Under the pieces are notes generated by a model. That model ran no database searches, had not been told where the DNA came from, and saw only the letters and a program-made list of their open reading frames with translations. The position numbers and the translations under genes were made by a program. A stretch of 61,942 nucleotides of DNA, filler included, from Bacteriovoracaceae bacterium (lineage in GTDB: Bacteria; Bdellovibrionota; Bacteriovoracia; Bacteriovoracales; Bacteriovoracaceae), in NCBI GenBank assembly GCA_018649885.1. It is 6 parts of 6 records of this genome, joined end to end, with 100 filler letters (N's around TTAATTAATTAA, not from the genome) between each part and the next. Parts side by side here need not be neighbours in the genome. Positions count along the whole stretch, not along the records: positions 6,044 to 22,924 come from JABIHA010000107.1; positions 23,025 to 41,408 come from JABIHA010000147.1; 4 more parts are not named here. One strand, given 5' to 3'. Positions within the stretch are counted from its first letter, which is position 1, and every line of letters begins with the position of its first letter. Positions 20,035 through 29,675 of the stretch are shown piece by piece.

Positions 20035-20769
20035 TTATTTAATCCCAACAAAGGTAGCAAAATTATACCAACGAAATAACATATCGCGATTTTCAAAACC
20101 ACAGTCTTTTAAAAAATCTAAATGCTCACTGGCCTTCCAGGGAACAAGAACATTTTCAAGCGCTTGTCTTTTATTTGAAATCTCAAGCTCAGAGTATCCC
20201 TGACGCCTTTTAAAATCGTAGTAAATCCCGGTCATCAAATCATCAACTAGTAGATTCGACCCCTTAATTTTTTCCGCCATAAAAAAGACACCACCAGGCC
20301 GAAGAGAGTTGTAAATTTTTCTCAAAACATCTCTTCTTTTTTCTTCCGGCACAAACTGCAATGTATAATTCATAATCACCACATCACACGCCGGAAAAAC
20401 AAAATCAGCAATATCCTCACAAAAAAGCTTTGCTCCCAAAACTCCACTATCTTCAATTTTTTTCTGAGCACGCTCTAGCATTGATTCAGAGTTATCAACA
20501 CCAAAAAAAGAAAAGTGTTGATCCGAAAACTCCTGCCCAATAACAGAAATCGTTGTCCCCGTAGAACAACCAAGATCCACTACGGTCCCGCCATTGGGGG
20601 TCCTCTTTCTAAGCACGTCTAAAAGAAGGCTATGAACTTCCCTATAAAAAGGAACCGAACGAGTCACCATATCATCAAAACACCTGGCCACCTGCTCATT
20701 AAATTCAAAGGGTTTGACATCCTCAGACGTCAAAAAGACATGATCTTTTTCCATACCAACAGCTAACAC
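20035..20769 (-). CDS. cmoA: Carboxy-S-adenosyl-L-methionine synthase CmoA
   Basis: FEFNEQVARCFDDMVTRSVPFY, DLGCSTG, NYTLQF, YSELEISNKRQALENVL. Confidence 0.95.
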   Translation of the reverse strand: MLAVGMEKDHVFLTSEDVKPFEFNEQVARCFDDMVTRSVPFYREVHSLLLDVLRKRTPNGGTVVDLGCSTGTTISVIGQEFSDQHFSFFGVDNSESMLERAQKKIEDSGVLGAKLFCEDIADFVFPACDVVIMNYTLQFVPEEKRRDVLRKIYNSLRPGGVFFMAEKIKGSNLLVDDLMTGIYYDFKRRQGYSELEISNKRQALENVLVPWKASEHLDFLKDCGFENRDMLFRWYNFATFVGIK

Positions 20770-20807
20770 AATTTAAGGCCCTTCTCAATCAAATTACCCC
20801 CACTCAA

Positions 20808-21156
20808 CATCCCGCACAATACAAACAATTCCCATCCCTTAACAAAAACCTAATGCCCCCAGTCCTTAATATCATCCATATGAACACCACGCACAATCTA
20901 AACAACTTCCACCCACCAACAAAAATCATTATCCACCTAAGCCCAAATCCCCTTCAACTGTCCACCACACACAATCAATCCAATTTCCTATCCACCAACA
21001 AAATCATTATGCCTTAGGCCCCCAAACTCCTTCATCTGAACACCACACAAATCAATCCAATTTCTAACCATCAACAAAATCATTATGCCCCTAGCCCCTA
21101 ATCTCCTTCATCTAAACACCACACAAATCAATCCAATTTAAAACCCATCAACAAAA
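20808..21156. repeat. Degenerate tandem array of about 4.5 units of 76-78 bp abutting the HNH stop codon
   Basis: Units start near 20808, 20885, 20963, 21041 and 21117. Core is CACCACACAAATCAATCCAATTT...CAACAAAATCATTATGCC...CTCCTTCATCT. Confidence 0.85.
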
Positions 21157-21903
21157 AAAGTTAAGCTCCTTCAATTTAATTTCCTTCCTCTTATTACAGG
21201 CCCCACAAAGAAGCTGAATATTCCCCGCACTATTATCCCCTCCATGAGAAAACTTAAGCTTATGATCATACTCAAGCCCATGCCTTACCCCGCAATTTGC
21301 ACACTCCCCCGTATAAACCTCATACTTAACTCCTTTGGAAATAAACCGAGAGTTCTTCACAGCAGTTTTGCGCACACGTTGCACCTTCCCAGGAGCCGAC
21401 AGCTCTTTTTCAAGCATTATCTGAATCAATTCATGAGTAGAAAGATCCCCATAAACCTTCCGAAGCCTATCAAACTTCAAAAGCATAAACTCACTTAGAA
21501 CCAACGTCTCCCGTCTTTCAATTTGATAGTCTTCACTGACAATTTTCTTAAACTCTCTTGTTGAACATCCCGATGCCTTTCCCACTACGTCTTCAATAAA
21601 TTTTTGATCACAACTTCCTTGTAGAACCTTATTAGCACAAGCCGCATTAGTCAGCGTCAACTCTCCTGACTCAATTTTTGTAAGTGCCACTTCAGACTTA
21701 AGCATCAACCGAGTTGCATTAACCCGAATACTCGCCTCCGCATCCGAGTACCCAAGCTCCTTCACAATATATTTATAAAGCGAAGAATACTTCAAATCAC
21801 AATAGAGCTTCTCTTTTTCAATCACCATCAACTTCTTCAATACCTTCTGAGTATAACTTTTCCCAACCCTAACCAACTCTTTTATCTCACTGAAAATTCT
21901 CAC
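21148..21903 (-). CDS. HNH endonuclease with helical N-terminal domain
   Basis: KLY..LKYSSLYKY....LGYSDAEASIRVNA; C-terminal CANC...EYDH....SHGG.....NIQLLCGACN. Confidence 0.88.
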   Translation of the reverse strand: MRIFSEIKELVRVGKSYTQKVLKKLMVIEKEKLYCDLKYSSLYKYIVKELGYSDAEASIRVNATRLMLKSEVALTKIESGELTLTNAACANKVLQGSCDQKFIEDVVGKASGCSTREFKKIVSEDYQIERRETLVLSEFMLLKFDRLRKVYGDLSTHELIQIMLEKELSAPGKVQRVRKTAVKNSRFISKGVKYEVYTGECANCGVRHGLEYDHKLKFSHGGDNSAGNIQLLCGACNKRKEIKLKELNFFC

Positions 21904-22143
21904 TCAACCTCCCAAACACAATACTTTCTACCACATTTCCCCACTCAAAAAAAATCCCCTCAAAATGTAAACCCCATAATTTCAAACCTAAACACTTCCT
22001 CCAAAATTCCAAACTCATTTTCCAAAAAAAAAGTTTTAACCAAACCAAAACCCAAAAATAAGTCTCATGACTAACCCTTCTCCCTCACACCTAAACCATG
22101 TTTTTTTATTCCCAAAAAAATCTTCTTACATTCCTTAAAAAAA

Positions 22144-22788
22144 AATCATACAAGAGCGCCCACTTTGCATTGCAAAATGCTTCGTTCAAATTTGTTCTTC
22201 TTTTAATAAATAGATATTCGAGTTCAGGCGCTCAAGGGGCCCTTTTAAGGGCCCACGCTTCCTCTTTCTAAAAACTATAAAATCCCTCAACAACCCAACA
22301 TTCATTCCTTACCGGCCAACTACCACCACAAACTAAAAAAAAGACACCCCCACAATTCACACCAGACCATTCCAAAACCCCAAACCTACGCCGTGAACAA
22401 GGGCCGAAAGAAAACCCAACACCCCTCCCCATTCCCATCGGCCCGGGCAAAACCCAACATACTAAATACTAATCACCCAATGCCAATCACACACGAGCGC
22501 ACACTTTGCATCGCAAAATCTTTCTCTAAAATTTGTTCTTCTTTTAATAAATAGATATAGGAGTTCAGGCGCTCAAGGGGCCCTTTGGGGAGCCCACGCT
22601 TCCTCTTTCTAGAAACTATAAATTCCCTTTTTAAATCAAAATTTATTCCTTACCAGCCAACTACCACCACAACTAAAAAAAAGACGCCCCCACAATTCAC
22701 ACCAGACCATTCCAAAACCCCAAACCTACGCCGTGAACAAGGGCCGAAAGAAAACCCAACACCACTCCCAACTCCATCCGGCCCGGGC
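22144..22788. repeat. Two direct copies of a structured non-coding unit of about 305 bp (22144-22448, 22485-22788)
   Basis: The copies align by eye over their length with a period of about 341 bp. Internal inverted repeats GAGCGCC/GGCGCTC, GGGCCCTT-tt-AAGGGCCC and GGGCCGA/TCGGCCC in copy 1. Confidence 0.9.
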
Positions 22789-22823
22789 GCAACTTGTGTT
22801 GTTGTGTGTTTGTACAACTGTAC

Positions 22824-22924
22824 ACAGAATACAGAACACAGAATACAGAATACAGAATACAGAATACAGAATACAGAATACAGAATACAGAATACAGAAT
22901 ACAGAATACAGAATACAGAATACA
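22824..22924. repeat. Heptanucleotide microsatellite (ACAGAAT)n at the contig end
   Basis: About 14 tandem ACAGAAT units running into the gap. Confidence 0.95.
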
Positions 22925-23131
22925 NNNNNNNNNNNNNNNNNNNNNNNNNNNNNNNNNNNNNNNNNNNNTTAATTAATTAANNNNNNNNNNNNNNNNNNNN
23001 NNNNNNNNNNNNNNNNNNNNNNNNATTTCCCCCTGAAACAATAAAGACGCCTCCACCATTTTGAAGATAGCTCTTATAACCCCAGGCCAGCCTTCTTTTT
23101 GCCTTTTGGTGCAAAATTATGGGAGCTTTCG

Positions 23132-23266
23132 GGGTGAAAGTAAAACTAGCACTACAACTCCCCCACTCTCTTTACTAAAATGCCCCCTGAAATTATCGAC
23201 GGCCTCAAAAAGGCCCTCTTTTTTGGCCTAAAGGCCCTTTAAAAACCATGGAATTACTCCAAGCTA
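23132..23266 (-). mobile_element. 135-bp unit (copy 1) just downstream of the IS91-like transposase; probable oriIS end or mini-element
   Basis: Reverse complement of the TAGCTTGGAG...TTTTACTTTCACCC units at 55655, 57892 and 60356; begins 44 bp after the transposase stop. Confidence 0.8.
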
Positions 23267-23310
23267 GTGAAAATTAGGGGCTTACTTCAAAAATTGGGCA
23301 CACCTCTACC

Positions 23311-24744
23311 CTACCAACAGCTTTGATCAAAATCATAATCAAAATTTCCAGCAATTTCTTCGGTTGGTGGTCCTCGATCTTCATGAAAAAATGCCGCCTC
23401 TTCTTTTCCACTAAGGCCCAAGGATTTCAGAACTGCCTTAATTTCTACCGGATCCAAAACCATTGAAAGCAGCTCAATTTCTCCACCACATTTGAGGCAC
23501 TCTGATACATCTACCTTGAAGCTTCTTTTCATAAGCTCGACGTAGGGAATCCAATAGCTTCGCTTTCCATTGCCATTTTCTTTTTCTGCTTTATTTGATT
23601 CGCTTGCTTTAGGTGGTATTGGAGTCCTCACTACTTCATTTCTTCGCTTAAACCTTGGCGCGAATACGCCAAAATATCTCACTAAGTTTGACCGTGCTGG
23701 GGGTATTAGTGAAATTAGCCTCTTAATAAATTCGTCTTGTGTGAATTCAAGGTGAGTCGTGCCATCAAAGAACTTATTTTTTAGCTCAAGCTGGATTTTT
23801 CCATGCTCAGTGAGTTTTAGCCGTTTATTTGAGACCGCGGGTCTTGCTACATATCTAAGAAGTTGCTCTAAATCCTCTTTCTTGTTTTTCCCTATTCTCA
23901 CTCCTGCATGAAGAGAGTATCCATTAACATATGACACCAGGTTTCCCGCTGGTGGTGCCCAGGGAGGATTAAATAGTTTTCCAATCTTTTTTGCATTTTT
24001 TCCACCAATGGACTCACCAAGATATTCTCTTCCAAAAGAGTGCTCCATATCCCTCATTGCTTTTTCGTAAGCTCTCTCAACTCTTTGAAAAATTCTTATA
24101 CACACGTTTTCAATATCTTGATTTGTGACTTTTTTTCTAGAAGTAAACTTAAGCTGCGTATTTTCCTCCTGCCATACCCCATCAGCGTAGATTATGTGAA
24201 AATGGGGGTTTAAATTTACACTTCCCCCAAAGCGCTGAATAAAACAAATTGACCCCACCTTAGTGCCATTTTTCCGCCCTCTAGTTTTATACTTTTCTTG
24301 GTAAAATCGATTAATGACTCTAGTGATGATTTTGAGAACTCTACTTGTATCAGCGGGAGTGTTAGCGATCCAAAATCTAATCTTATGGGGAAAACTAATA
24401 ACCCACTGGCGGATTGGAATATCTGGAATTGTTTGATCAACTAAGTTCGCCGCGGTTTGATTCATTCTCCTACCACCACAACTGGGACATATTCCACGTC
24501 TTTTACAGCTAAAAGCAAGTGCCCTGACATGCCCACAAGTTGTACATCCAAGCTTTGAAAATCCATTTTCTAAAATACCGCATTCAAGAAAAGCATTCAC
24601 TTCACTTTTGACAACTCCGGGGAGAAATTGTCCCCTAGTTTCCGATCTCTCAATAAAGGAATCAAGCCCAGAGTTAAGGGTCTGCCACAAAACTGTCTTT
24701 TTTGGATCTCGAAAATGAAATGGGTATCCGGCACGGGTAAGCAC
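23311..24744 (-). CDS. IS91/ISCR-like rolling-circle (HUH/Y2) transposase
   Basis: Zn-binding CG...C..C...FSCKRRGICPSCG, RQWVISFP, QRFG..VNLNPHFH (HUH), LEQLLRYVARP, LVRYFGVFAP, C..CGG and RGPP tail. Confidence 0.92.
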   Translation of the reverse strand: MLTRAGYPFHFRDPKKTVLWQTLNSGLDSFIERSETRGQFLPGVVKSEVNAFLECGILENGFSKLGCTTCGHVRALAFSCKRRGICPSCGGRRMNQTAANLVDQTIPDIPIRQWVISFPHKIRFWIANTPADTSRVLKIITRVINRFYQEKYKTRGRKNGTKVGSICFIQRFGGSVNLNPHFHIIYADGVWQEENTQLKFTSRKKVTNQDIENVCIRIFQRVERAYEKAMRDMEHSFGREYLGESIGGKNAKKIGKLFNPPWAPPAGNLVSYVNGYSLHAGVRIGKNKKEDLEQLLRYVARPAVSNKRLKLTEHGKIQLELKNKFFDGTTHLEFTQDEFIKRLISLIPPARSNLVRYFGVFAPRFKRRNEVVRTPIPPKASESNKAEKENGNGKRSYWIPYVELMKRSFKVDVSECLKCGGEIELLSMVLDPVEIKAVLKSLGLSGKEEAAFFHEDRGPPTEEIAGNFDYDFDQSCW

Positions 24745-25038
24745 CGAGGGAAAGTAAATTAAGCTAGGCCACTATTTCCACGGCGATTTAAAAAAAAGAA
24801 GCTTTATTTGGTTTTTGAAAAATTGGGACCTCTATTTCTCCCCTCGAAAACGCTTAAAACGGCGCTAAATCACCCGTTAATTTGACAAGAAAATCCTTAT
24901 GCTTAATAACTCTCATTATGTAGCACTAACAGAAGGGATAAAAGGTTAAACGTTTAGAGGAGAAAAGGTTAAACCTTTTAAGGGGTAAATTTTTAACTTG
25001 TCGCAAAAAAACAACTGCTAAGAATTAACTATCCCCTA

Positions 25039-25635
25039 TTATCTCATTTCTGAACATTCAGGTAAACCTGGAGGAAATGTCATTGGAGTAACTGTTAAAT
25101 CAAATGAATAGGAAGTTACTCCATGCCACCAACCATCATCAACTTCAATGGTGATCGTGGTCTTACCTACTTTTCCAAAAACGGGCATTAGAGTCAAATT
25201 CAAGTTTTTACCTCTAGCATTTGAGTCCTCAAGGTCATCTCCCCAGTACATAGGAGACTGATCTCCCCACATCTCTGTGATCATATCGTAGGTGGTAGTT
25301 ACAATATTTGATACAGGAAGAAGCATGGCATTTGAGCTTTTAATACTAATTATTAAAGAGTCATATTTATCTTCCCAAGAATTTATCCCCTCATCTAATT
25401 TAAAAATTATATTTTTTGCACTACAAGTTTCTTGAACACTAATGCCTTTCCCCGCGTAATCATCTTTTGGCACAATAATTGGTGCAGTATTTATCTGCTC
25501 TTCATATGAGTGGCCTAAAATTGAAGTAAAAAGGCATATTGATAGAATTAATATTCTCATCACAAGAGCTCCATTTCGCATATTAGCTGAGTAGTTATTT
25601 CGGTATTTCCACGAAATTACTTTTGAAGGTAACAA
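25039..25635 (-). CDS. Secreted single Ig/cadherin-like domain protein
   Basis: Signal peptide from the internal start MRILIL; NTAPII...DEG...SSN..LLP..NI...LTL.P..GK.G.TTITIEVDDG resembles the repeats in 9598-13545. Confidence 0.65.
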   Translation of the reverse strand: MLPSKVISWKYRNNYSANMRNGALVMRILILSICLFTSILGHSYEEQINTAPIIVPKDDYAGKGISVQETCSAKNIIFKLDEGINSWEDKYDSLIISIKSSNAMLLPVSNIVTTTYDMITEMWGDQSPMYWGDDLEDSNARGKNLNLTLMPVFGKVGKTTITIEVDDGWWHGVTSYSFDLTVTPMTFPPGLPECSEMR

Positions 25636-25952
25636 AACTTCTAAAAATATAGAAATAAAGGCCTCCGTCTACCGGCCTCCTCTTCCTTTCCTTGCTCCGG
25701 GCAAACTGTGATTTATCGAAAAAACTACTTATTTAACCCGCACTAGTCACTGCGAGTTATACGAATTGGCCCAGATTGATTGGGTCTATGCGATTACATT
25801 CAAAAAAATTTATTGTTTTAGAGTTTAAATTTGAGCTTCTGACGATTTGTTGAGATTTTTGATATGTCTTCCTCCCCTACCCTCTTTAAAAAAATAAAAA
25901 CTAGAATTTCTTAACCGAAACGCCAAAAGGCAAGGCAGTAAGAGCTTTTAGA

Positions 25953-26164
25953 GTTGCCAACTTGGCAACTTAACAACTTGCCAAGTTCTCAAGTTAACAA
26001 CTATTCAACTTGCCAAGTTTTCAAGTTAACAACTATTCAACTTGCCAAGTTTTCAAATTAACAACTTTTCAACTTGCCAAGTTTCCAAATTAACAACTTT
26101 TCAAGTTGCCAAGTATTCAAATTGCCAACTTTTCAACTTTTCAACTTGCCAATTTTCCAACTTG
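25953..26164. repeat. Octamer repeat array upstream of parA; putative centromere/operator
   Basis: 8-bp periodic CAA(C/G/A)T-based units arranged in a 32-bp higher-order repeat CAACTTGC-CAAGTTTT-CAAGTTAA-CAACTATT. Confidence 0.75.
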
Positions 26165-26205
26165 TAATAAAATCAAATTGATAACTTCTTTAGGAGTAGT
26201 AAAAA

Positions 26206-27075
26206 ATGGCAAAAATAATTTCACTTCTTAATAAAAAAGGTGGAGTAGGAAAGACAACTACTACAGTCCACATCGCATCCCGCTTGGCCGACATGGGTTA
26301 TAAGACTCTTATAATCGATGCTGATGTCTCACAAGGAAACGCAACTCTTCATTTAATGGGAGAGATCTGGAATGCTAAGGAGCATACGCCAGGACTTGGA
26401 TCTGTTTTTATCGAAGGAAGACCGCTTAATAAGGTCATCTATAATACAGATCGTGAAAATCTTTTCATCATCCCCAGTGAGAAATTCAACAAAATGGGGG
26501 AGAGCTACAATCTTGATATGATCCTCTCTAACTTTGGACCCAAGGGATATTTCTCTTTTAAAAAGCTAATTGAAAAATCAGGACTCTCTGAAAAACTAGA
26601 CTACATACTCTTTGATCTACCTCCAAGCCTAGGTCTTAGCGTTTCAGCAGCACTGATTGCTAGTGACTATGTACTGATTCCATTTAAGGTAGATGATTTT
26701 AGTAAAAATGCAGTGGTAGACACTGTTAAGACAGTTCTTGAAATCAAAGAAGACTACAACGAGAAACTTGAAATTCTAGGGGCCTTTGTCAGTCAAAATG
26801 ACAGAAGAAATAGAACAAATAATAAAATGATTGAAGAAGCACGTGTTCTATTTAAAGAAGCGGGAACAGAGATTTTGGAAGCAATGATCCCTGTCTATAA
26901 CAAAATGACAGTACTGCCTCGTGAGAGAAAGACTGTTTTTGATATAAAAGGCGCAAAGGTTGAGTCCATTAACTCATATATCGATTTAACAGATGAGATC
27001 TTAGAAAAAATCAATACCCACCAAGGATCAATGATTAGTGGAAAAAGAACTGAAATCACACTGGGAGCAAGATAA
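26206..27075 (+). CDS. parA: ParA/Soj partition ATPase
   Basis: KGGVGKTT deviant Walker A, IDAD.SQGNAT, FDLPPSLG, ALIASDYVLIP. Confidence 0.93.
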   Translation: MAKIISLLNKKGGVGKTTTTVHIASRLADMGYKTLIIDADVSQGNATLHLMGEIWNAKEHTPGLGSVFIEGRPLNKVIYNTDRENLFIIPSEKFNKMGESYNLDMILSNFGPKGYFSFKKLIEKSGLSEKLDYILFDLPPSLGLSVSAALIASDYVLIPFKVDDFSKNAVVDTVKTVLEIKEDYNEKLEILGAFVSQNDRRNRTNNKMIEEARVLFKEAGTEILEAMIPVYNKMTVLPRERKTVFDIKGAKVESINSYIDLTDEILEKINTHQGSMISGKRTEITLGAR

Positions 27076-27603
27076 ATGCAAACTACGAAAGCAAAAAAGA
27101 AAAAAGCACTCTTTGCAGCGCCATCAGCCAGTGCAGCCAACTTATTTGGAGACGATGAAGAAGAAGAAACTCCGAGTACGAAAGAAAGTAGGGTAGAAGA
27201 GAGTGCAAAAGCGCCAGAGCACATCATGCAAGCAGATGGAGTGATTGAGAGAGCTGTAGAGAAAGCAAAAGCTCCAGTAAAAAAGACATACCCTGAAAAT
27301 AGATACCAGGCCGAAAAAGTCGGGGAGCGTGAAAGACGCTTTGATAACTACACAAACAAAAAGGCCCAATTTATTGATGAAGACTTCGAATTTTTAAAAG
27401 AGCTTGAGATGCGTATTTCAAAAGCGAAAATCAAAGCAGGCATGGGAAGAATTCATAAAAATAGACTCACAGCTTCAACAATGAATAGAATTATCATGCA
27501 CAGCTTTTTAAAACGAATGAAGGGAAGAGTAGGGGAGATGGACCTTACCGATCTTGTCACAGAAGAGGGCTTTGAAGAGCTTTGTGAGAAAATGTTCGAT
27601 TAA
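27076..27603 (+). CDS. ParA partner; putative centromere-binding protein
   Basis: Starts immediately after the parA stop; disordered N-terminus and compact helical C-terminus, as in type Ib partition adaptors. Inferred from context. Confidence 0.55.
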   Translation: MQTTKAKKKKALFAAPSASAANLFGDDEEEETPSTKESRVEESAKAPEHIMQADGVIERAVEKAKAPVKKTYPENRYQAEKVGERERRFDNYTNKKAQFIDEDFEFLKELEMRISKAKIKAGMGRIHKNRLTASTMNRIIMHSFLKRMKGRVGEMDLTDLVTEEGFEELCEKMFD

Positions 27604-27607
27604 ATTA

Positions 27608-28558
27608 ATGAGAAATCTAAATAGACCGTTTTGTTGGATATTACTTATAAACCTTATATTTATAAGTAATATTCAATCCGCAATTACAATTGACCCTTCT
27701 AAAGCTCCAAAGAGAAAAAATGAATTAGGCATAATTGCAACGGAAAAAGGGGGCAGAATCATTTTGACTGGTTGTGAAATGTTTAATGCACTATTTTATT
27801 GTCACCTAGACCTTGGCTCGAGTTTCTCAATATTTCCTGAAGAAATTGTTGGAAATATAAAAAAAAAGATCTCTCAAAAAGAACATGAAAAATTATTTAA
27901 AGTACTACCGAAAAAAGTGAAAATTAAAAGTGTATTTCAAAAAACTATAGAGTTAGATAGCATTGAAATCCCTTATGTGAAAGTTGATGATTTGAAATTT
28001 AAAAAGGCCCAATTCTTAGTCAAACCCAACAAGGTTCTTTCATTGATTACCTTAGGTAACCATTATTTTTTGGATAAAACACTCGCCTTAGATTTTAGTA
28101 AGGGACAATTAAAAATTCACAATCAAAGGATTCCAAAAAGTTCTAAGTTGCATATTTTTCCTGCACGCAACGGACAAATTGCCATTCCTATTACAGTCGG
28201 TGATAAAAAAGTTAAATTAGCTTTCTTTGATACTGGATTTTCAAAATCTATGATTGACGAGGAGTTTTATAGAAAAAACAAGGCCCTATTTGCTACCGGT
28301 AGAACCTGGGTTTCTCCAACCAAGACCACTGATGCAACAGGTGCTACTGACTATGAAAGCAATGTATTCGTAACATTAAAAAAAATAAAAATAGGCAATG
28401 TTAGTTTTAATAATTTCCAATTTCTCGCTGGTAGAGTTAAAAATTTTACAAAAAAAACATTTAAAGTGGATGTGCCTATAGTTATTGGTGCAGATCTCAT
28501 CTCAAAGCAGAACTGGGTACTAGACTTTAAAAATCTTAGATGGATGAATTATAAATAA
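27608..28558 (+). CDS. Secreted two-domain retropepsin-like aspartyl protease
   Basis: HLDLGS/TLG and FFDTGF/VIGAD motif pairs; the signal peptide follows the ATG at 27608. Confidence 0.75.
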   Translation: MRNLNRPFCWILLINLIFISNIQSAITIDPSKAPKRKNELGIIATEKGGRIILTGCEMFNALFYCHLDLGSSFSIFPEEIVGNIKKKISQKEHEKLFKVLPKKVKIKSVFQKTIELDSIEIPYVKVDDLKFKKAQFLVKPNKVLSLITLGNHYFLDKTLALDFSKGQLKIHNQRIPKSSKLHIFPARNGQIAIPITVGDKKVKLAFFDTGFSKSMIDEEFYRKNKALFATGRTWVSPTKTTDATGATDYESNVFVTLKKIKIGNVSFNNFQFLAGRVKNFTKKTFKVDVPIVIGADLISKQNWVLDFKNLRWMNYK

Positions 28559-28812
28559 TAACAAACCTGTAAATTTATAATCTCGTAAAGCACTACCGCT
28601 TCGTCGCGTACTGTCACAAAAAGTCTTCTTACGAATCGAAACCTTTACTGGCCTTCAAATTCTTCTCTAAATCCTATTTAGAGTAAATCAATACAGATAT
28701 CTACTTAAGCTTTTAAAATTCAATTAAGGAGTGTTCTGTGAAGTGTGAACAACACTTCTGTTGAGAGACTAACGAATGAATCAATTTATCATTATGAAAG
28801 AGAAACTTTGAA

Positions 28813-29624
28813 ATTCCCCCAAATAGTACCGGGTGTATATATATAAATAATATACTTACATACAATACATACGCCCGGTACTATTTGAGGGAATAAGCAG
28901 CTTATTAACAACTTAAGCTTAAAATTCCCTCAAATAGTACCGGGTGTTTCCTCAAATAGTACCGCTCATTTCCGCAAATGGTACCGGTGAGTTCCCCAAA
29001 TAGTACCGGGCAAATCAAATTCCCTTGAATAGTACCACTCGAAAAAGGCAATTTTCCCCAAATAGTACCGGGGCTTCCCTCAAATGGTACCGCCCTCAAA
29101 GGTTCTAGGTGTGTGTGTTAAATCTCTCATCGCACTCGCGTCAAGTGCTTATAATTAAATGCTAAATTGTTTTTTCTAATGTGACAAACCCTGAAAGAGG
29201 AAGTGAAATTCCCTCAAATAGTACCAGGGGGGTAGTTCAAATTCCCGCTATCAGTACCGGTGTTGGAAGTTTTCCCTCGAATAGTACCAGTGCGTAGGAG
29301 AAATACCCGCTATCGGTACCGGTGCTGCTTAATATTTCCGCAAATGGTACCGGGGTAAGGGAGTTTTCCCTCAAATAGTACCGGTGTTAGCGCTAATTCC
29401 GTCTTGAAACTACTCGTTTCAGTTTTATACCGGTACCATTTGAGGGAATAAGCTTTCGGCCCGGTACCATTCAGGGGAATTTGAAAAACATGCGGTACTC
29501 TTAGCGGTTTTTTTAATTTGGGCGCTAGTAGGGGCGGTACTATTAGCGGGAATTTTTTAGATGCATCGCGATTAGACCGGTACTATTTGAGGGAAAAACT
29601 TGGGCCGGTACTATTTGAGGAAAT
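28813..29624. repeat. Iteron array (about 21 copies); putative plasmid replication origin
   Basis: Consensus TTCCCTCAAATAGTACCGG. A closely spaced direct cluster at 28924-29093, an AT-rich gap, a direct cluster with 31-32 bp spacing at 29208-29385, and inverted copies at 29430-29624 and 28875. Lies directly upstream of the Rep-like gene. Confidence 0.88.
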
Positions 29625-29675
29625 TTATGGACGGCCACGCAATCTACTGAGACAATCTAGGTGTAAATAAATTTT

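Noticed and set aside
22585..22980. ORFs with IQNTEYR repeats, and ORF 22268-22450
   Set aside because: Translations of the heptamer microsatellite and the non-coding 305-bp repeat; the first set runs into Ns.
25730..25790. Imperfect hairpins as a possible oriT
   Set aside because: Short, mismatched stems; no recognisable nic motif and no relaxase in the contig.
28813..29624. Repeat array read as CRISPR
   Set aside because: Repeats are about 19 bp, degenerate, in both orientations, with very short gaps and no cas genes; the position beside rep fits iterons.
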